Shown piece after piece: positions 59,058 through 64,000 of a stretch of DNA of 64,000 bases. Numbering within the stretch: position 1 is the stretch's first letter; each line of letters begins with the position of its first letter. The position numbers and the translations under genes were made by a program. The DNA comes from Candidatus Latescibacterota bacterium (GTDB lineage: Bacteria > Latescibacterota > UBA2968 > UBA8231), in assembly GCA_965219385.1 (NCBI GenBank), contig CBDCNM010000001.1, positions 1,042,631 through 1,106,630 on the forward strand, written 5' to 3'. The notes below the pieces were generated by a model. It did no database searches. It was not told where the DNA came from and was given only the letters and a program-made list of their open reading frames with translations.

Positions 59058-60332
59058 ATGGCATACTCCAAGCTTCGCATTCTGGTTCCTCTCGAGGATC
59101 CTGGAGCCGAAGAGGCCCTGGTTCGCTTTGCCGCGAGGTTGGCCCAGACTCGCAAGGGAGAACTACACCTCACGCACATAGTCACGCCCGAAGAGACGGT
59201 CCCACAGGCGGAGCAATTGTTGCAGCGAGCCGCTGGAATCGCAGCCCAGGTCGGTGTTCGAGCTCACCCTCATCTGGCGGAATATCCAAGCGTCACCCAG
59301 GGTATCCAGGAGTCGGTGCGTCGCTTGAAATGCAAAATGATGATGATGGGCTGGTACCACGAGGTCGAAAAGGGTGCCATCCTGGCAGCTCAGAATAGAG
59401 CCCTGACCAAGGCCATCAACGTAGAAACCCTGATCTTTAAAGACCGGAATTCCTTTCCCTTCCAGCGCATCCTCGTTCCCACCGGAGGCGGCAGCAACGC
59501 CCTGATGGGCATTCAGCTCGGCTCCGAACTTGCTCAGAACTGGGGCATCCCCATCGAGGTTCTGAGGGTTGCCCGGGAGCCGCACCACCGGCCGGACGAT
59601 CCAATTCTACAGCGCTATTGCAGCCAGCTTCTCGAGGGAACCAAACTGCAGTTGGAGCTTTTGGGACTGGACCTGCCCATCCGCATTCTTCCCGCGGAAG
59701 ATGTTGTCGCCCCCATCGTCGAACACACCCGGGAAGGCGATCTGGTGGTGCTGGGCGCCTCCAATGACTGGCGCCAGGAAGAACATCTGGCTGGCTCCAT
59801 CCCCGACGAGATCGCCAACCAGGTACCCAGTTCGGTCCTCCTAGTGCGTTCTTTGACCCCCAACAAGATCCTCCTCAGCCGCATATTCTGGGAGACCACC
59901 ATTCGCCTGGACCTCCATCCCAAAGACAAATGGGATGCCATCACCCAGATGGTGGATGCCTTGGTCGAAGAAAAACAGGTGCCTTCTTCGCAACGTCAGT
60001 ACGTGCTCGATCGCGCCCTGGAAAGGGAGCGCAAAAGCTCCACGGCCCTCGGCCACGAGACGGCCATCCCCCATGCCCCCATCCCCGACCTGCCAGGCAT
60101 CATAGGGTGCCTGGGCATTTGTCCCGATGGAGTGAACTTCCAGGGCGTGTACGACGAGCCCGTGCGCTGCATTTTTCTGCTCCTGACTCCTCAGCAAAAC
60201 TACCTCAGCTACATTCCGGTGCTGGCACAGATCGCCACCTTCATGAAGCCCGACTCCACCCGTTCCGCCGTCCTCCGCTGTCAGACCCCCTCGGAGGTGA
60301 GCGCCCTGATCAAACAGCAGGAAAAGGCCTGA
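59058..60332 (+). CDS. Tandem universal stress protein domains fused to a PTS EIIA (Ntr/Fru type) domain
   Basis: RILVP twice, VVLGAS...GSIPDEIA...SVLLVR, then ERERKSSTALGHETAIPHA. Confidence 0.85.
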   Translation: MAYSKLRILVPLEDPGAEEALVRFAARLAQTRKGELHLTHIVTPEETVPQAEQLLQRAAGIAAQVGVRAHPHLAEYPSVTQGIQESVRRLKCKMMMMGWYHEVEKGAILAAQNRALTKAINVETLIFKDRNSFPFQRILVPTGGGSNALMGIQLGSELAQNWGIPIEVLRVAREPHHRPDDPILQRYCSQLLEGTKLQLELLGLDLPIRILPAEDVVAPIVEHTREGDLVVLGASNDWRQEEHLAGSIPDEIANQVPSSVLLVRSLTPNKILLSRIFWETTIRLDLHPKDKWDAITQMVDALVEEKQVPSSQRQYVLDRALERERKSSTALGHETAIPHAPIPDLPGIIGCLGICPDGVNFQGVYDEPVRCIFLLLTPQQNYLSYIPVLAQIATFMKPDSTRSAVLRCQTPSEVSALIKQQEKA

Positions 60333-60334
60333 TC

Positions 60335-61267
60335 TTGGAAAGCCCGAAACACCTTCCCACAAAAGCGGTCATCGATCTGGGCACCAATACCATTTTGATG
60401 GTGGTGGGAAGGCGCCTGCTAGATGGCCGCATAGAAATCCTGGACGACGCTCATGCCATCGCCCGGCTGGGCAAAGGTGTGGATGCGCAGCGGCGGATCC
60501 TGCCCGAGACCATAAACCGGGTATGCGGCTTCCTCCTGGACTATAAAAAACGCGCCCACTCTCATGGCGCCCGGCAAATCACGGCATACGGTACTTCGGC
60601 TTTGAGGGATGCGGCCAATAAGGAGGAATTGATCGAGGTGGTAAAAATTAGGACCGGGATTGACCTGGTCGAAATTCCAGGTAGCGAAGAAGCCCGCCTG
60701 GCCTTCAGCGGGGCCGGTTTTGGCCTCGAACTGCCAGAGCGCTACGGGGTCCTCGATATCGGGGGAGGCTCAACCGAGTTGGCGATCGGGGCTGGAAATC
60801 GAATTGAACAATCTACTTCAGTAGATATTGGAGCGGTGCGGGTCACCGAAAGATGCTTCGGCCCACTCCCGCCTTCCCCAGCCCAGCAAGCGGATGCCGC
60901 CGCCGTGATTCAGCGAGAACTGAGTTTGCTCCTCCCCTATCCTGTGGGAACTCCCCTGGTGGGCGTCGCCGGCACCGCAACCACCCTGGGAGCCGTGGCC
61001 AAAGGCACCGGGGACTGCAACGCCGAGGAGTTAAACGGTCACTTTCTGTCCCGCGACCGCGTCGAGGAACTAGCCGCCTGCCTGCTGACTCTGAACCTCG
61101 ATGGAATCCGCACCATCCCGCAAATCCACCCTCAGCGCGCCGATATCATCACAGCCGGTGCGCTGATTCTGGCGCAGGCCCTGCGTCTGTTCGCCTGCCC
61201 CGGTTTAACGGTATCGACCCGCGGCATCCGCTACGGATTGCTGCTGAGGGTCCTGCGGCAAAACTGA
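60335..61267 (+). CDS. ppx: Exopolyphosphatase Ppx/GppA family
   Basis: IDLGTNT, RLG, TSALRDA, EEARL, DIGGGSTE, RADII and GIRYG. TTG at 60335. Confidence 0.9.
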   Translation: MESPKHLPTKAVIDLGTNTILMVVGRRLLDGRIEILDDAHAIARLGKGVDAQRRILPETINRVCGFLLDYKKRAHSHGARQITAYGTSALRDAANKEELIEVVKIRTGIDLVEIPGSEEARLAFSGAGFGLELPERYGVLDIGGGSTELAIGAGNRIEQSTSVDIGAVRVTERCFGPLPPSPAQQADAAAVIQRELSLLLPYPVGTPLVGVAGTATTLGAVAKGTGDCNAEELNGHFLSRDRVEELAACLLTLNLDGIRTIPQIHPQRADIITAGALILAQALRLFACPGLTVSTRGIRYGLLLRVLRQN

Positions 61268-61324
61268 TTTCCATAAAGATGCGGCGCTTCCAACGGCCCG
61301 GTGGTGTATCTCCTCCTGCCTCTG

Positions 61325-61987
61325 CTACAAACCGCGCTTTGCGGCAGGGGTGTTTTCGAAGTACTCGCACCGAGCCATGACAGCGCATTCATCGCACTGA
61401 GGCTTTCTGGCCTTGCAAATATAGCGCCCCTGCAGGACCATGATCTGGCTGAAAAGGGTCCAGTCTTTCGGAGGCAGGAGTTTCCCCAGAGCGCGCTCGA
61501 TCGCGACCGGGTCTTCTGCACGAGTCAGTCCCAGCCTGCGGCTCACCCGCCCCATGTGGGTATCCACGACAATGCCTGGAATGTCGTAAATATTGCCCAG
61601 AATCACATTGGCCGTCTTGCGTCCTACTCCCGGCAGCCGGACCAGGTCCTCCATACAGGGGGGCACCTCGCCCCCGTGGTTTTCCAGCAAGACTTCCATG
61701 GAGCAGCGGATATTGCGGGCCTTTTGCCTGAAGAAACCGGTCGGGTGAATGTCCTCCTCAAGCTCTTCTACCGGTACCTTGAGGTAATCCCGAGGGCTCC
61801 TGTACTTGGCGAAGAGTTGTTGCGTCACTTGATTGACCTTGACATCCGTGCACTGGGCCGCAAGAATGGTCGCCACCAGCAACTCGAGGGGATTGCTGTA
61901 GTCCAGCTCCACCCGGGGATTGGGGAAGGCCTTTTTCAGGTCCTTGAAAACCTGCCGGGCACGCTCTTTTAGTTCGTCTTCATTCAC
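61325..61987 (-). CDS. nth: Endonuclease III
   Basis: LLVATILAAQCTD, LPGVGRKTANV, VDTH and CKARKPQCDEC...C. GTG at 61987. Confidence 0.95.
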   Translation of the reverse strand: MNEDELKERARQVFKDLKKAFPNPRVELDYSNPLELLVATILAAQCTDVKVNQVTQQLFAKYRSPRDYLKVPVEELEEDIHPTGFFRQKARNIRCSMEVLLENHGGEVPPCMEDLVRLPGVGRKTANVILGNIYDIPGIVVDTHMGRVSRRLGLTRAEDPVAIERALGKLLPPKDWTLFSQIMVLQGRYICKARKPQCDECAVMARCEYFENTPAAKRGL

Positions 61988-62009
61988 GATAGGTGAACAA
62001 TGTCCTCTC

Positions 62010-62066
62010 AACTTGCCCCTCCCGTCCTCGAGGTCCAAATAGTTACGGGTATTTCGTGAAGTACTG
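62010..62066 (-). mobile_element. MITE copy 3 (one end only)
   Basis: Reverse complement CAGTACTTCACGAAATACCCGTAACTATTTGGACCTCGAGGACGGGAGGGG matches the left end of copies 1 and 2. Confidence 0.82.
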
Positions 62067-62096
62067 ACAACACCCACAGACCATGCCGGTTCCTTT

Positions 62097-63263
62097 TCAA
62101 CCCGTGCTGCCCCACTTGTATTTTTTCTCCTTCCAGCTGAATCTTCCCAGACTGCCCAGAATCCCCACCACTACCACGTAGTAAGGCTGTGTCAGGGTCC
62201 ACAGGGGAAAGCAGCCCAGCAAATCCCGCCGTCCGAATATTTGCATGGACCTGTATACCAGGATGATTTCGGCGCACACCTTGGCCCCCCAGCAACCCCC
62301 GGCCCAAACCACTCCCAAGCCTCCCCCCAACACCATGACCGGAGATAGAGCCAGGAGCGAATTCATGATAAACGCACTGGCCAGATAGCTAAAAAAAAGC
62401 GGATCCAGGTAGATCTGGTAAGGGGCGTTTGAAGCCCAGCGCAGGCGCTGGCTGAGCAAATCCCGCCAGGAACCAGAGGCCGGGTGGACTACAAAGGTTT
62501 CGGGCGCGGTAGCGAACACCATCTCCCAACGCTTCGTGCGCCGGATCAGCTGTAAAAGAAGAACATCGTCTCCCGAGGTCCTGTGGCGGACCTTTTCGTA
62601 GCCCCCGACCTCGTGAAAGGCCGCCTTGCGATAGGCCAGATTCTGACTGGAAGCCCCCATGGGACGGCCCCGGCCGACACTGCCCGCGGCACAGCCCATG
62701 AGGCAGAGAAAGTCCATCCCTTCCCACCCCGTTCTGGCGTTCACAACATCCCCCGGAGTGCCTATCTGTGAAAACCCGGCGACCATGCCCACCCCCTCGC
62801 TGAAACAATCTACCATCCCCTGGACCCAGGTTGGAGGCAGGCGACAATCGGCATCCGTGGTCAGGATAATCTCTCCCCGGGCAGCCGCAACTCCCAGGCT
62901 CAAGGCATCCTTTTTTGACCCCCCGATGCCCCCACCGGCACTCAACAGCCGCACCCCGTTCCCCGATCCAGCTCTGCGGCGAACAATCCGTGCCGTGGAG
63001 TCCGTGGAACCATCGTCCACCACAATGACTTCGCAAGCCTCCGCAGGATAGGTCTGGACCGCTAAGTCATCGAGGCAGGCACCGATGTGATCGGCTTCGT
63101 TGCGCGCGGCTACGATGATTGAAACCTGGGGATTCGCCCCATCCCCCCGCCGGCACGGCTTCAAGCCCGTGGCAAACCATCCAAGGGCGAGGAGGTACAG
63201 AGCCGTACACACCCCGAGCAGGAGATCGAAATAGGCTTGGAAGCTCTCCAGAAACTGCGCCAT
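62097..63263 (-). CDS. Glycosyltransferase family 2 (membrane-bound)
   Basis: IIVAARNE, VDDGSTD, TDADC, GDD and QRLRW. Confidence 0.92.
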   Translation of the reverse strand: MAQFLESFQAYFDLLLGVCTALYLLALGWFATGLKPCRRGDGANPQVSIIVAARNEADHIGACLDDLAVQTYPAEACEVIVVDDGSTDSTARIVRRRAGSGNGVRLLSAGGGIGGSKKDALSLGVAAARGEIILTTDADCRLPPTWVQGMVDCFSEGVGMVAGFSQIGTPGDVVNARTGWEGMDFLCLMGCAAGSVGRGRPMGASSQNLAYRKAAFHEVGGYEKVRHRTSGDDVLLLQLIRRTKRWEMVFATAPETFVVHPASGSWRDLLSQRLRWASNAPYQIYLDPLFFSYLASAFIMNSLLALSPVMVLGGGLGVVWAGGCWGAKVCAEIILVYRSMQIFGRRDLLGCFPLWTLTQPYYVVVVGILGSLGRFSWKEKKYKWGSTG

Positions 63264-63290
63264 AGAAAAAAGGGGAAGGAAAAGGGGACT

Positions 63291-64000
63291 TCAACCTTTA
63301 ATTTCCTTGACCATCGAGAACATACCCCGGTAGCCCTCCGAACAATTCCGACACATGTCCACACTCGTGCGTCCGGCGAGGATTTGTCGGCGGAAGTCCA
63401 TATAGGTCCGCCCCTTCCAGATTTCCTTGAAGGAACTCGCCCCGGCAAAAGCCTGGCCCATTTCAAAGTCCACATCCTTGTCGAAACAACAAGGCGCCAC
63501 AGCTCCATTCCAATTGACCATAGAGCTGTACCAGAGGACCTTGCACCCCCGTGCGGGCTGCCCCTTGACCACCAATTCCGCTTTATCCGTACTTTCATAC
63601 CGCCGCAGTTCCTCTGTTTCGGGCAGAAAAATCTCGGCCTCTTTGGAGGTGTAGACCTGCGCGGTCTTTAGCAGAAATTTATCCGTGGGCGCCAGGAGTT
63701 CACCGGCGATGCGCTCGGCCTCGGCCAGGTCCTTCTCGTTGTGTTTCATCACGATAAACTGCAGGTTGATAAGCGGATGTCGAACCCCTGCCCGTTCTCT
63801 GGCCTCTACCAGTAAGCGAACCCCTTCAAAAACTCGCTCGATCTTGCCGCCTACCCGGTAGCGTTCGTAGGTCTCCTGATCCACCCCATCCAGGGAGACG
63901 ATGATCTCGTCCAGACCCGACTCGACTACTTCTCTGGCTTGTTCCTGGTTGCGGATATAGTGGCCATTGGTGCTGGTCAGGGTGGGAATCTTTTTGTCCC
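63291..64000 (-). CDS. Radical SAM/SPASM domain protein (3' part; start is outside the window)
   Basis: STNG, VSLDG...TYERYRVGG, QFIVMKHNE, SPASM cysteines C...PCCFD...CRNC; frame stays open to the window end. Confidence 0.88.
   Translation of the reverse strand, partial: DKKIPTLTSTNGHYIRNQEQAREVVESGLDEIIVSLDGVDQETYERYRVGGKIERVFEGVRLLVEARERAGVRHPLINLQFIVMKHNEKDLAEAERIAGELLAPTDKFLLKTAQVYTSKEAEIFLPETEELRRYESTDKAELVVKGQPARGCKVLWYSSMVNWNGAVAPCCFDKDVDFEMGQAFAGASSFKEIWKGRTYMDFRRQILAGRTSVDMCRNCSEGYRGMFSMVKEIKG

Noticed and set aside
61988..62077. 30-aa N-terminal extension of Nth
   Set aside because: Derives largely from the MITE end; GTG at 61987 gives a normal length.

Overview
A GC-rich bacterial chromosomal segment. 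Gene content (alternative complex III, a DUF6785-type membrane protein, several TIM-barrel isomerases, a short RpoD-family sigma factor) suggests an FCB-related lineage such as Latescibacterota; this is an inference. From left to right: 5' part of smpB, tRNA-Leu, a nested MITE, a glyoxalase, a DAACS symporter and tRNA-Arg; an intact 12 kb actABCDEFG-sco-caa3 oxidase operon; a decaying accessory block at 15.7-24.3 kb (orphan GroES, GH63 glucosidase split by an IS256, ppgK, degenerate IS630, frameshifted enolase-superfamily gene) ending at tRNA-Asn; a sigma factor and an SDR; a minus-strand run kamA-rny-(rtcB relic)-dxr-hyp-queD-HTH-fadN-like-hpaB-like; iscU-sodA-prx; a non-canonical phage-shock locus; then transport, catabolic and housekeeping genes. 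The best candidate for a new system is the Psp locus at 37.5-42.9 kb. A consensus sigma54 promoter drives pspA, a membrane-anchored winged-helix-like protein, two small membrane ORFs missing from the ORF track (one PspB-like with an internal stop), a soluble TPR histidine kinase, and a PspF-like activator. The activator carries a receiver domain and lacks the PspA-sensing Trp, which points to a Psp response rewired to two-component control. Family assignments come from motif recognition by eye; no searches were run.
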